Source: Escherichia phage RB16. Taken from it: DNA of 64,000 bases. The notes below the pieces were generated by a model, which was not told where the DNA came from, did no database searches, and worked only from the letters and a program-made list of their open reading frames with translations. The stretch is from the sequence record NC_014467.1; one strand, 5' to 3'. Below, one piece after another: positions 37,733 through 47,448 of this stretch. Within the stretch, counting starts at the first letter, position 1. Each line of letters begins with the position of its first letter. Made by a program: the position numbers and the translations under genes.

Positions 37733-39166
37733 ATGAAAACTTTTAATGAACTGAATAGCATCATCACCTCAACCGATTCCTACAAAGTGTCCCACTGGAT
37801 GCAGTATCCGAAAGGCACTGACGCAGCGATGTTCTATATTGAATCTCGCGGTGGTAAATTTGATGAAGTCGTAACCGCTGGCGTTAACTACGTTGCGCGG
37901 GTTCTCGCTGAACCAATTACCATGAAGCAGGTTGAGTTAGCGCGGGTACTTTACCGTAAACACTTCGGAAAAGAGATCTTTAACTACGAAGGGTGGAAAA
38001 AGATTGCTGAACTGGGTTATACCCCTGTAATTTTCCGTGCGATCCCAGAAGGTACGGTTGTTCCGGTGAAAAATGCCGTTGCGACTGTGTACGCCGAAAA
38101 CGAGTTCTCGTGGCTGGCTGGGTGGCTGGAAACAATGACGATTCGCGGTATCTGGTATCCGTCATCTGTAGCAACGCTATCGCGTGAGTGTAAAAAGGTT
38201 CTGGCACACTACCTTGATATGACTTCTGACCTTACTGGTGAAGCATATAACATCACACTGGGTACACGTCTGCATGATTTTGGGGCGCGGGGCGCGACCT
38301 CTGCTGAATCTGCTGGCATTGGTGGGCTGGCACACCTTTATAACTTCATCGGCACTGATACCGTAGAAGGGATGATTATGGCAATCAGCCTCTTTGCGGA
38401 TTATCAAACACTGTTTGATGAAGTTGAAAACGTAGAAGTGGCTGGGGTTTCCATCCCTGCTCGTGAGCATTCAACTACGATTTCCTACGGTAAAGAAAAC
38501 GAAGACGAAGCATATAAAAACAGCATTGAAATGTTCGGTGATGGGTTCTACGCTTGCGTATACGATTCATGGGACTACAAAGCCGCTGTTGACCGGATCG
38601 ATAGTTATAAAGAGAAAATCATTGCATCTGGCGGTGTGTTGGTAGTGCGTCCAGACTCAGGGGATATGATCGACAACATCATGTACACCTTGCGCAAACT
38701 GGGGCAAATCTTCGGATATACTGTCAACTCCAAAGGGTACAAAGTTCTTCATAACTCTGTTCGTATCATCCAGGGTGACGAGATCCACGGGCCTGAAACA
38801 ATCAACCGTGTATTAAGCTGGATGGAAGCGAACAAATGGTCGAGCGAAAACATTGCGTTCGGTATGGGTGGCGGTTTGCTGCAAGAAGTTACCCGCGATA
38901 CCCAGAAATATGCTGAAAAACTTTGCGCTATCCGTATCAACGGTGTGTGGAAAGGCGTTTACAAATGCCCGAAAGGTTCGGAATGGAAAAAGAGCAAGAA
39001 AGGTTTATTGATGACCATCACTAACGGGATGGAATTCAAGACAATCGATTCTCTCGAAGAATCTATTCCTGTTGGGTGGTTTGATGCGATGGTAACTTAT
39101 TACGACAATGGTTATCTGAACAAAACCAACACTTTAGGGGGAATTCGTGAGCGTAGCCGGATTTAA
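37733..39166 (+). CDS. nadV: Nicotinamide phosphoribosyltransferase (NAMPT / NadV)
   Basis: 477 aa; N-terminal signature TDSYKVSHW and GARGATS...GIGG..H typical of the NAMPT family; this length fits NadV. Confidence 0.85.
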   Translation: MKTFNELNSIITSTDSYKVSHWMQYPKGTDAAMFYIESRGGKFDEVVTAGVNYVARVLAEPITMKQVELARVLYRKHFGKEIFNYEGWKKIAELGYTPVIFRAIPEGTVVPVKNAVATVYAENEFSWLAGWLETMTIRGIWYPSSVATLSRECKKVLAHYLDMTSDLTGEAYNITLGTRLHDFGARGATSAESAGIGGLAHLYNFIGTDTVEGMIMAISLFADYQTLFDEVENVEVAGVSIPAREHSTTISYGKENEDEAYKNSIEMFGDGFYACVYDSWDYKAAVDRIDSYKEKIIASGGVLVVRPDSGDMIDNIMYTLRKLGQIFGYTVNSKGYKVLHNSVRIIQGDEIHGPETINRVLSWMEANKWSSENIAFGMGGGLLQEVTRDTQKYAEKLCAIRINGVWKGVYKCPKGSEWKKSKKGLLMTITNGMEFKTIDSLEESIPVGWFDAMVTYYDNGYLNKTNTLGGIRERSRI

Positions 39167-39455
39167 TATCCGCGCCAACGATAACGGATCTGTAATCTTC
39201 TATAACAATCAGCCCCTTGTTGCTCGCAAGGGGCTTTTTTGTAAGTTAGTTGGGTATGGGTTCAAGTTGGAACAGGTGGATAACGCAACACTAAAAGAGA
39301 TCGTGCGTATAGCCTATCTCCTGAAAGATAAGAAAGATGAACATAAGGCGGTTGCAATGCTGGAGAAATTGGGAGAAAATCATTGCTTCATCATAAATCG
39401 TGGATACAAATACGATACAATCGCTTTATTTGAAAAAGGGCTTAGTGAACTATGA
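39147..39455 (+). CDS. Hypothetical protein
   Basis: 102 aa ORF (GTG start) between nadV and dam; ATGA overlap with dam. Confidence 0.3.
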   Translation: MSVAGFNIRANDNGSVIFYNNQPLVARKGLFCKLVGYGFKLEQVDNATLKEIVRIAYLLKDKKDEHKAVAMLEKLGENHCFIINRGYKYDTIALFEKGLSEL

Positions 39456-40303
39456 ATTATTTGGGTGTAATACCTTACACGGGCAACAAGCAGAATTTAT
39501 TGCCTAAGTTGTTTGAACTCTTTCCAGATCGCAGACATTATCATCGATTCGTTGATTGTTTTTGTGGTGGATTGAGTGTGTCGCTAAACGTCCCCAAACC
39601 CGTTCTAAGCAACGATTACGATAAGACGCTGATTGATATGTATGAGCGTCTTAAAACGCTTCCTGACCTGTCTCCGGTGCGAGAATTGATTGCATCAAAG
39701 GGGCTGGGGAAAGACAAGAAAGAAGAGTATTTGAAATTCCGTGATGAATACAACCAGAACAAAGATCCGTTATGGCTCTATGTCCTGATCCTGCATTCAT
39801 TCAGCAACGTTAACCGGACAAACGACAAAGGCGATTTTAACGCTGCTGTAGGAAAACGAACCCTCAACTTTATGACAGAAAAACGTTTCGAACATTTCAA
39901 AAAGAATGTGACAGGAATTGAATTTCGTTCTGGTTCATACTCTGATATTGAAATCAACGATAACGATTTTGTTTATTGCGATCCTCCGTATCTAATCACT
40001 GATGCGGTGTATAACAAATTCTGGAACGCAGATCGCGAACGCGAGTTATATGCTTTCCTTGACTCCCTGCATGAGCGGGGCATTTGGTTTGGTTTGTCTA
40101 ACGTGACTCACCATGCCGGAAAACAAAACGATATCCTGATTGAATGGATGAAGAAATACACCGTTCATAACCTGGATAAAAAGTATCTGTTAGGGCAACA
40201 CACAGAATCCTATGAGCAAAACAAAACACAGGAGGTGTACGTGTGCAACTACCAGAAACGAGAAGTAAATACATTCCCACAAACACTAGATGATTTAATG
40301 TAG
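39452..40303 (+). CDS. dam: DNA adenine methyltransferase (Dam)
   Basis: 283 aa; matches T4 Dam as recalled: YTGNKQ.LLP.L...FP, RFVD.FCGGLSVSLN, DFVY.DPPYLIT...YNKFW, RGI.FGLSNV..H.GK.N. Confidence 0.9.
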   Translation: MNYLGVIPYTGNKQNLLPKLFELFPDRRHYHRFVDCFCGGLSVSLNVPKPVLSNDYDKTLIDMYERLKTLPDLSPVRELIASKGLGKDKKEEYLKFRDEYNQNKDPLWLYVLILHSFSNVNRTNDKGDFNAAVGKRTLNFMTEKRFEHFKKNVTGIEFRSGSYSDIEINDNDFVYCDPPYLITDAVYNKFWNADRERELYAFLDSLHERGIWFGLSNVTHHAGKQNDILIEWMKKYTVHNLDKKYLLGQHTESYEQNKTQEVYVCNYQKREVNTFPQTLDDLM

Positions 40304-40309
40304 GTTAAC

Positions 40310-40582
40310 ATGTTTAAAATTTATGGCTATATCCCTTCCGTATACAATTGCGCTCCGTGCCTGAACTCGAAACGACTGTTGGACGCAAAGAAACATGAAT
40401 ATGAATTCTTATCTGTTGCTGATTCCAAAGGCGAAGACGGCAAACCGATCCTGAATGAATCTGTGATTGATGAACTCGAAGCCCTGACGGGTACGCGCAA
40501 AATGTCAATGCCTCAGATTTTCCACGATGGGAAACACATTGGCGGGTTCGACCAACTTCGTGAGTATGTCCGCACCCTGTGA
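40310..40582 (+). CDS. nrdC: Glutaredoxin/thioredoxin NrdC
   Basis: 90 aa; matches T4 NrdC as recalled: MFK.YGY, C..C redox motif, MPQ.F..G.HIGGFDQLREY. Confidence 0.8.
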   Translation: MFKIYGYIPSVYNCAPCLNSKRLLDAKKHEYEFLSVADSKGEDGKPILNESVIDELEALTGTRKMSMPQIFHDGKHIGGFDQLREYVRTL

Positions 40583-40615
40583 TAAATATCTTTACTTATT
40601 ATTGAGGGGATAATT

Positions 40616-41695
40616 ATGCAAGATTACGGACACTGGAAAACTCTAAAGGATGTTGACATTAGTAATTACTTGGGATTTGTCTACGTAATTACATTTGAAA
40701 ATGGTAAAAAATACGTGGGGGCTAAAAAGATATGGAAACGTATAAAAGTTCCTCCATCTTCGTTTAAGCGCGGCCCCCGAAAGGGTTTTGAAGAATCGGA
40801 CTGGAAAACGTATACATCATCATCGAAAGAAGTTAATGATATGATTTCCAGTGGAATACAACCTAAAGATTATTTGATTGTTGGTTGGTATGATTCATGG
40901 GGTAAAACTTTGTTAGCAGAGGCTGAAATGCAATTCTCTAACGATGTTCTCCGAAATCCTGAATGGTTGAACAAGCAAATCGGTGGTCATTTTAATCCTA
41001 ACTGTTTTGATGATTTGACTTATGAAGACATCGAAAGGTACATGCATTTCGATAAAGGGAATGAACACACATCGTGGCCCGTAATGTATCGAGTTGGTAG
41101 TAAAACGAAATATGTTAACCCTGATGAAGTAGAATCACATTTACAGCAAGGTTGGCAGTTCGGAAGAAGTAGATTAGAAAAGTTGTCTGTTGTCTGTGTT
41201 GTTAGCAAATATAAACTTTATAATACAAAAACTGATGAAGTTGTTGAAGTTGTTAATCAAAATGAATTTGCGCGACAGCATAATATAGAATCGGGACACT
41301 TGACAAATTTGTTGAAAGGTTCTACTGATAGTGTGGGTGATTGGACATTATTGCCAGAAGTCAGAAGAAAGAACTATGTCATCGAAGATGATAAAGGTAA
41401 TAAATTCTCGTCTGTGTCTGAATGTGAAAGAGCTAATGGATTGAAACGAGGTGCTGCTACTTCTCTATGTAAAAAAGGGATCTATAAGAAAATGGTTCCT
41501 GAATCCAGGACTCTTTATAAGAAACGGTTATCAACTATTAACTATGTTGAATCTTGTCGTGTTGAATCTGTTTCTAAGATAACAGAAAACAGTTTTCGTG
41601 GTCTTGTTCCAGATCTTGCTGTATTGCATGATTCGAAAGAATCTGTTATTCTGTGGCTTGAACAATACATATCCTATCTAAAGGCAATGAAATGA
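40616..41695 (+). CDS. GIY-YIG homing endonuclease (seg-like) inserted between nrdC and nrdD
   Basis: 359 aa; N-terminal GFVYVITFENGKKYVGAKK (GIY-YIG); long C-terminal region consistent with DNA-binding modules; ATGA overlap with nrdD. Confidence 0.7.
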   Translation: MQDYGHWKTLKDVDISNYLGFVYVITFENGKKYVGAKKIWKRIKVPPSSFKRGPRKGFEESDWKTYTSSSKEVNDMISSGIQPKDYLIVGWYDSWGKTLLAEAEMQFSNDVLRNPEWLNKQIGGHFNPNCFDDLTYEDIERYMHFDKGNEHTSWPVMYRVGSKTKYVNPDEVESHLQQGWQFGRSRLEKLSVVCVVSKYKLYNTKTDEVVEVVNQNEFARQHNIESGHLTNLLKGSTDSVGDWTLLPEVRRKNYVIEDDKGNKFSSVSECERANGLKRGAATSLCKKGIYKKMVPESRTLYKKRLSTINYVESCRVESVSKITENSFRGLVPDLAVLHDSKESVILWLEQYISYLKAMK

Positions 41696-43821
41696 AAGTA
41701 GAAAAACGCGACGGCAAAACCGTTGATTTTGATAAAGAAAAAATCCGTATTGCTGTAGAAAAAGCTGGCGGAACTATGACGGATGCTGATGCCGCAATCA
41801 TGCTGGTTCAGTACAATCAGATCCGCGATGGTAGCGCAATGAAGATCGCCCGTATCCAGGAACTCGTTGAAGAATCCCTGATGAAAACGAACCCAGCGGT
41901 CGCCCGTGCATACATCGAATATCGCCACGATCGCGATATTGCCCGTGAACAGAAAAGTAAGCTGTTCAAAGATATCTCCGGCATGGTGAATCTGTCCAAC
42001 AAAGAGATCACCAACGAGAACGCAAACAAAGACGCACGGGTATTCCCTACACAGCGTGATTTGCTGGCGGGTATTGTAGCGAAGCATTTCGCCCGTAATC
42101 ATATCCTTCCGAAACATATCGTAGAAGCGCATGACTCCGGCGACATCCATTATCACGATCTGGACTATAGCCCGTTCACCCCTTACACTAACTGCTGTCT
42201 GGTTGACCTGAAAGGTATGCTTGAGAACGGTTTCAAGATGGGTAACGCGGACATTGAACCGCCTAAATCGATCGGTGTTGCTACCGCTCTCATGGCGCAG
42301 ATCACCGCACAGATTGCCTCTCACCAGTACGGCGGGACAACCTTTGCGAACGTTGATAAAGTGCTGGCTCCATACGTAGAAATGACATTCTTCAAACATC
42401 TGCGCGATGCTGAACATTATGGTATCGAACACTATAACGATTATGTGTATGCAATCGAGAAGACCGAAAAAGATGTATTCGATGCGTTCCAGTCCTATGA
42501 GTATGAAGTGAATACCCTGCATACTGCCAACGGGCAAACCCCGTTTGTTACCATCACTTTCGGTACTGGTACAAGCGACTATGAACGCATGATCCAGAAA
42601 GCGATTCTGAAAAATCGTATTCGCGGCCTGGGTAAAGAGGGTATCACTCCGGTATTCCCTAAACTGGTTATGTTCATGGAAAAAGGAATCAACCTTGATC
42701 CAGAGGATCAGAACTATGACATCAAACAACTTGCCCTTGAATGTGCTTCGAAACGCATGTACCCAGATATCATTAGTTCAGCTAATAACCGCGCTATTAC
42801 TGGTTCTAGCGTTCCTGTATCTCCTATGGGTTGTCGCAGTTTCCTTAGCGTGTGGCATGATGATAACGGTAATGAAATTCTGGATGGACGTAATAATCTG
42901 GGTGTGGTGACAATCAACCTCCCACGTATTGCGATCGAAGCCGAAGCACAGGAAGAAGAAGACGCACACGATGCATTTTGGCGTATCCTTGATGAACGTC
43001 TGGATCTTTGTTACGATGCTCTGATGACTCGTATCGAAAGCCTACGCGGTGTTAAAGCCAGTGTAGCCCCGATCCTGTACACAGAAGGTGCGTTTGGTGT
43101 ACGCCTGAAACCGGATGATGAAATTCTGGAACTGTTCAAAAATGGGCGTAGTTCTATCAGTCTGGGCTATATCGGGCTGCATGAAACGCTGTTGATGTTT
43201 GGCTCCGGTCAACATCCATTCGATCGCGTTGGCTCCCAGAACTTCGGTAAACACGTTCTGGAACACCTGAAAAACAAAACTGAACGCTGGAAAGCCGAAA
43301 CTGGGTATGGATTCAGTCTGTATTCAACCCCAGCGGAATCTCTCTGCCATCGCTTCTGTAAGCTGGACTTTGAGAAGTTCGGAAGCATCAAAGGGGTCAC
43401 GGATAAAGGCTGGTATACAAACAGTTTCCATCTGGACGTTGACCGCAAGGTAACACCGTTCGAGAAAATCGACTATGAAGCCGATTATCATTACATCGCT
43501 ACTGCTGGTCATATCAGTTATGTTGAATTCCCTGATATGAAAAACAACCTGCAAGCCCTGGAAAAAGTCTGGGATTATGCGATGGATAAACTGGACTATT
43601 TCGGGACTAACCTTCCGGTCGATAAGTGCTTTGTATGTGGCTCTGATGACGAGTTCACGCCTACAGAAGACGGTTTCCACTGCAAACACTGCGGTAATCA
43701 CGATCCGGCTAAAATGAGCGTCACGCGCCGTACATGCGGTTATCTGGGTGCTCCTGCTGTTCGTGGATTCAACGAAGGTAAGAACAAAGAAATGATGCAC
43801 CGAACTAAGCATCAAAATTAA
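41692..43821 (+). CDS. nrdD: Anaerobic ribonucleoside-triphosphate reductase NrdD (class III)
   Basis: 709 aa; C-terminal Cys cluster C.VCG....C..CG and glycyl-radical motif RRTCGYLG; reads as one continuous ORF with no visible intron. Confidence 0.9.
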   Translation: MKVEKRDGKTVDFDKEKIRIAVEKAGGTMTDADAAIMLVQYNQIRDGSAMKIARIQELVEESLMKTNPAVARAYIEYRHDRDIAREQKSKLFKDISGMVNLSNKEITNENANKDARVFPTQRDLLAGIVAKHFARNHILPKHIVEAHDSGDIHYHDLDYSPFTPYTNCCLVDLKGMLENGFKMGNADIEPPKSIGVATALMAQITAQIASHQYGGTTFANVDKVLAPYVEMTFFKHLRDAEHYGIEHYNDYVYAIEKTEKDVFDAFQSYEYEVNTLHTANGQTPFVTITFGTGTSDYERMIQKAILKNRIRGLGKEGITPVFPKLVMFMEKGINLDPEDQNYDIKQLALECASKRMYPDIISSANNRAITGSSVPVSPMGCRSFLSVWHDDNGNEILDGRNNLGVVTINLPRIAIEAEAQEEEDAHDAFWRILDERLDLCYDALMTRIESLRGVKASVAPILYTEGAFGVRLKPDDEILELFKNGRSSISLGYIGLHETLLMFGSGQHPFDRVGSQNFGKHVLEHLKNKTERWKAETGYGFSLYSTPAESLCHRFCKLDFEKFGSIKGVTDKGWYTNSFHLDVDRKVTPFEKIDYEADYHYIATAGHISYVEFPDMKNNLQALEKVWDYAMDKLDYFGTNLPVDKCFVCGSDDEFTPTEDGFHCKHCGNHDPAKMSVTRRTCGYLGAPAVRGFNEGKNKEMMHRTKHQN

Positions 43822-43825
43822 TCAA

Positions 43826-43858
43826 AAAGCCCCTTGCGAAAGTGAGGGGCTTTTGTTA
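43826..43858 (+). terminator. Rho-independent terminator after nrdD
   Basis: aaaagccccttgcgaaagtgaggggcttttg. Confidence 0.6.
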
Positions 43859-43892
43859 TATTGCACATACCGAAACTATGAGGTATTGAAAA

Positions 43893-44375
43893 ATGATGTA
43901 CTGGACAAAAGACTATTTTGAATTTCGCGATGAAGAAAGTTTTGGGACTGTGTACCGCAATTTAGCTTTGCGTGGTAGTCCTCTATCGCCTAATCAACTT
44001 TCATCTGTTGTGTTTCCAATCAAGGTAACGCACTGCAACCGGAAAGGTGTTAGTGGGATCGTTGATGCCAATGGCACAACCTGGTATTCCGAAGATTCGT
44101 ATCTGTTCGATAACGAGGATCGCGGTTTCTTTAAAAAGTTTGTCGCGCTTAAACCTGCTGTCGAAAAAGCCGACGCACAACAACTACTGGATTGTTCTCA
44201 CCTACTGGGACGAATTTACGTAGATGGTAAGCTGGTGACGAAACCAGGTGATCTGGAAAAATTCTTGCGTAAGGCGCGGGAAACTACCCTGAAAGACACC
44301 GAAAAACGTTACGATACCGCAACCGCCAATCTACAGCGTTTATCTGGTGAACTGAAAGTTCTGCGGGGTGAATGA
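43893..44375 (+). CDS. Hypothetical protein
   Basis: 160 aa ORF. Confidence 0.35.
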   Translation: MMYWTKDYFEFRDEESFGTVYRNLALRGSPLSPNQLSSVVFPIKVTHCNRKGVSGIVDANGTTWYSEDSYLFDNEDRGFFKKFVALKPAVEKADAQQLLDCSHLLGRIYVDGKLVTKPGDLEKFLRKARETTLKDTEKRYDTATANLQRLSGELKVLRGE

Positions 44376-44566
44376 TGTTTCCATTAAAGGCGAGAATTCG
44401 CAACAAAACCGGAACACAAGAATGGATGGAGTGCTTGCGCGAAACTAAGCACTACTACATTTCCCAGGCTGTAGGCTATGACGGAAAGAACATTCGTGCA
44501 AAAAGAACGTGCTGGAGAAGTATGATCCGGCGCTCACATACACCAAAATTGATAAAGATCTGGTAG
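44372..44566 (+). CDS. Hypothetical small protein
   Basis: 64 aa ORF with ATGA coupling to the upstream gene. Confidence 0.25.
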   Translation: MMFPLKARIRNKTGTQEWMECLRETKHYYISQAVGYDGKNIRAKRTCWRSMIRRSHTPKLIKIW

Positions 44567-44573
44567 GTGATTT

Positions 44574-44858
44574 ATGCTGATTAACAAAACGCAGTGCAAA
44601 GCGATTAACTTTCTTCTACATGAACTGATTGAAAGCGGTATTCGTTTTGAATTCGTCGATCCGATTAACAGTGATGATCGTCATCTTCTCCGCTGGGTAT
44701 CTGGTAGCAATCCGCTGGATTCAGTATCCCAGGTGGTAGAGTCTGCACTTAAACATATGCCTTGTCGTGTTCTGTTGGGTAGCGTTAATGCCTCCACATG
44801 GAACGGTTCGGATGCTTATTATGTCGGATTCAAAAAAGAGTTGACGGACGACGAATGA
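44574..44858 (+). CDS. Hypothetical protein
   Basis: 94 aa ORF. Confidence 0.3.
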   Translation: MLINKTQCKAINFLLHELIESGIRFEFVDPINSDDRHLLRWVSGSNPLDSVSQVVESALKHMPCRVLLGSVNASTWNGSDAYYVGFKKELTDDE

Positions 44859-44903
44859 TGTTATAATATGCCCCTGTAGACAACAAACTATAGGGGCTAA
44901 ATC

Positions 44904-45098
44904 ATGAAAATCAAAAATACTGCTACTGAAAATCTTTGTAACGAAATCGCGGTGACTTACTGGAAAGAAGGTCACGTAAAAGCAATGAAGGATTTTCAAC
45001 AGTGGTGTGATACCCAGAAGTTAGCCAACTGGGAATACGCCGTAATCGTGGAACGGATCAAAGAACTGATCCTTGAGAAGAAAGGCACTATAAAATGA
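44904..45098 (+). CDS. Hypothetical small protein
   Basis: 64 aa ORF preceded by a hairpin (gcccctgtag...ctataggggc). Confidence 0.3.
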   Translation: MKIKNTATENLCNEIAVTYWKEGHVKAMKDFQQWCDTQKLANWEYAVIVERIKELILEKKGTIK

Positions 45099-45156
45099 TT
45101 CAACTGAAATTAGACACCCATACGCTGAACAATCTGTTCCCAGAGGCAAAAGGCTG

Positions 45157-45648
45157 ATGAACTTTGACCGCATCTACAACATGGATATGGTCAACGGTAA
45201 AGGAATCCGTGTAGTGTTGTTTGTCACTGGCTGCAATCATAAATGCGAAGGTTGCTATAACCGTAGTACATGGAATCCCCGCAACGGTACACCATACACC
45301 GAAGAGACTGAAAACGAGTTGATTAAACTCCTTTCAAATCCCCATGTGGACGGGTTGACGCTTACAGGCGGCGATCCGTTTTACCGCACCAATCATCCGA
45401 AGCTCTTAAAACTGCTCCAGCGCGTCCGTGCGACGTTCCCTGATAAAGATGTGTGGGTTTGGACGGGTTACACCCTCGAAGCCTTACAGGGCGATACAGA
45501 ACGCTCTAAGCTGCTACCATTCATAGATGTTCTGATCGATGGACGGTACGAAAAGGATCTACCGACTAAGAAACCGTTTCGCGGTTCGGATAATCAGCGA
45601 ATGATTGAGTTCAAAAAGAATTCGATAGAAATTAAAAATATCGCTTGA
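45157..45648 (+). CDS. nrdG: Anaerobic ribonucleotide reductase activating protein NrdG (radical SAM)
   Basis: 163 aa; radical-SAM cluster motif CNHKCEGCYN; GLTLTGGDP. Confidence 0.85.
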   Translation: MNFDRIYNMDMVNGKGIRVVLFVTGCNHKCEGCYNRSTWNPRNGTPYTEETENELIKLLSNPHVDGLTLTGGDPFYRTNHPKLLKLLQRVRATFPDKDVWVWTGYTLEALQGDTERSKLLPFIDVLIDGRYEKDLPTKKPFRGSDNQRMIEFKKNSIEIKNIA

Positions 45649-45672
45649 CCTGGTTTGTGGTTCTGTTAAGAT
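45645..45672 (+). promoter_or_regulatory. Sigma70-like early promoter (TTGACC-N16-TAAGAT)
   Basis: Hexamers at 45645-45650 and 45667-45672 upstream of the 45714 start. Confidence 0.35.
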
Positions 45673-45713
45673 ATCCACGTAGCATAAATTTAACCCAATT
45701 GAGAGATAATATC

Positions 45714-46664
45714 ATGATCCTGAATTTCAAAACCCGTAAAGAAGCCCGTGACTATTGCTGGAAGTGGTCGATCCCGCTGAAAAACATCACCAAAGGAAGC
45801 GGTTCACATCCGTGGACGGTGAGAACCAAAGAAACCCGCTTCGAAACTGGTAAAGATTACAAGCTGGTTGATGTCGAAGGTTTCACTGACAACGGCAAAA
45901 ACATTGCGAACAGTGTTCAATCAAAACAGATCCACCAATTGCTGAACGGTGTTGTAAACATCGCAAGCCGTAACGGTGATCGCTACACCTTCAATGCTCC
46001 GGCAGGTGTTGCTATGAACACCCTTCGTGCATGGGAAGCGAAATACTTCACAGAAGTTGCTCCGGCTAAAGCCCCAGCGCCAAAACGCGCTAAAAAACCA
46101 AAACCAGTAGGCAAACCGTCCGCTGCTCCTGTACCAGCTAAACCGGATCTGGATTCCGAACTTGACGGCGGCGTTAACCTCGCTCAGACAATCGAACCAG
46201 TTGCAAAACCTGCTGCACCACAGCCAGCAACGGTTGAAGCGATGCCTGGTAACTTTGTTGCAAACCGTCCGTATGTTCTGGTAGATGAAGCTGGTTTCCT
46301 GCGCTCGCACACTGCAAACAAACGCATTGTGCAACACATCAAAAACAACAACGGCGTTCTGGTGTTTGTTACTGTTGACGGCGACGGTGACGCAACTATA
46401 TCACAAGATCGTAGCCTCCCGTTTGTAATACATCGTGAGCGTAAGTTCTTCCGTGAACTCGGTACTGGCACAGTTCAGGCAGATACCCCAGCGGTTCAGA
46501 CCGTTGATATTGCCAAACAGCAACGCGACAAAGAGATCATCGAAGCTGCACAGGCAGTAGAAGACGCACTGGCAGAACACCAGAAAGCGATCGAAGTTGT
46601 CACACAGAAAGCTCGCGCAGTTCGCGAAGCCGCTGCAAAACTTGCACTACTGGCAAGTAAGTAA
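45714..46664 (+). CDS. Hypothetical protein with Ala/Pro/Lys-rich central linker
   Basis: ATG at 45714 (MILNFKTRK) downstream of the promoter-like element; low-complexity APAKAPAPKRAKKPKP segment. Confidence 0.4.
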   Translation: MILNFKTRKEARDYCWKWSIPLKNITKGSGSHPWTVRTKETRFETGKDYKLVDVEGFTDNGKNIANSVQSKQIHQLLNGVVNIASRNGDRYTFNAPAGVAMNTLRAWEAKYFTEVAPAKAPAPKRAKKPKPVGKPSAAPVPAKPDLDSELDGGVNLAQTIEPVAKPAAPQPATVEAMPGNFVANRPYVLVDEAGFLRSHTANKRIVQHIKNNNGVLVFVTVDGDGDATISQDRSLPFVIHRERKFFRELGTGTVQADTPAVQTVDIAKQQRDKEIIEAAQAVEDALAEHQKAIEVVTQKARAVREAAAKLALLASK

Positions 46665-46673
46665 TATAATTCG

Positions 46674-46702
46674 GGGGTGCTTGTGAGCATCCCCTTTTTT
46701 AT
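46674..46702 (+). terminator. Rho-independent terminator
   Basis: gggggtgcttgtgagcatcccctttttt. Confidence 0.6.
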
Positions 46703-46713
46703 TTGAGGTAATT

Positions 46714-47448
46714 ATGGAATTATTCGCTGGAAAAACTTACGGTTTAACCGTATCCCCTGAAATCTTTGCAGAGAAAACCTGGAAAACAGGTATCGCAAAC
46801 ATCATTCGTGAAAAAGGTTATGTGACGATTGATCGTACCTCGATCGGTGAGTTCGAAGACCGCGCATTTATCATGGACGGTGGCTACGAATATGAACTCC
46901 CTGCATCATTATGGAAATGGTTCAAGGAAGTAACGCCGGAAGATGGTGAATTCACCCCAGAAGAACCAGAAGAAGTTAATCTGGGTAAAGGTGTAGAGGC
47001 TGAAAACGTTATGCGTATTGCTACGCCGGAAGAGGTTTCCGCTGGTGTTGCCGGATCGGATCTGCGTCTGATGGAGATCCCTAAATTCACGTATCGCCCT
47101 GTACAGGAAAATCCTATGCGCGATCTCCGCATCGATCCATCATTCGGGGCTAACCTGGAAACGTTGAGCATCGCACCGATGCCAGTACGTAAATCTGATG
47201 CAATGCTTCGTTTCGCCTTGCAACATGTTTTCAGTGGTGGTAGCATCTATCAAATCAACATGGAATCAGAACTGAATATACAGGAAGACCAGATCGCAAA
47301 TCTGTTCGATTTGCATACACAGTTAACCGCTGTTGAGAATATCGAAAAACTGTTAGGCAAAGAGAAAAAGCGAATTTTGCAGGATCTCAAACCATACGGG
47401 AAGAAGAATGAAAGTCGAAATATACGGAATCCCCGAAAGTCTTCATAA
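46714..47448 (+). CDS. Hypothetical protein
   Basis: 244 aa ORF; 3' end overlaps the next gene. Confidence 0.4.
   Translation: MELFAGKTYGLTVSPEIFAEKTWKTGIANIIREKGYVTIDRTSIGEFEDRAFIMDGGYEYELPASLWKWFKEVTPEDGEFTPEEPEEVNLGKGVEAENVMRIATPEEVSAGVAGSDLRLMEIPKFTYRPVQENPMRDLRIDPSFGANLETLSIAPMPVRKSDAMLRFALQHVFSGGSIYQINMESELNIQEDQIANLFDLHTQLTAVENIEKLLGKEKKRILQDLKPYGKKNESRNIRNPRKSS

Noticed and set aside
41692-43821. Group I intron or intein in nrdD
   Set aside because: The reading frame is continuous from N-terminus to the glycyl-radical motif with no interruption.
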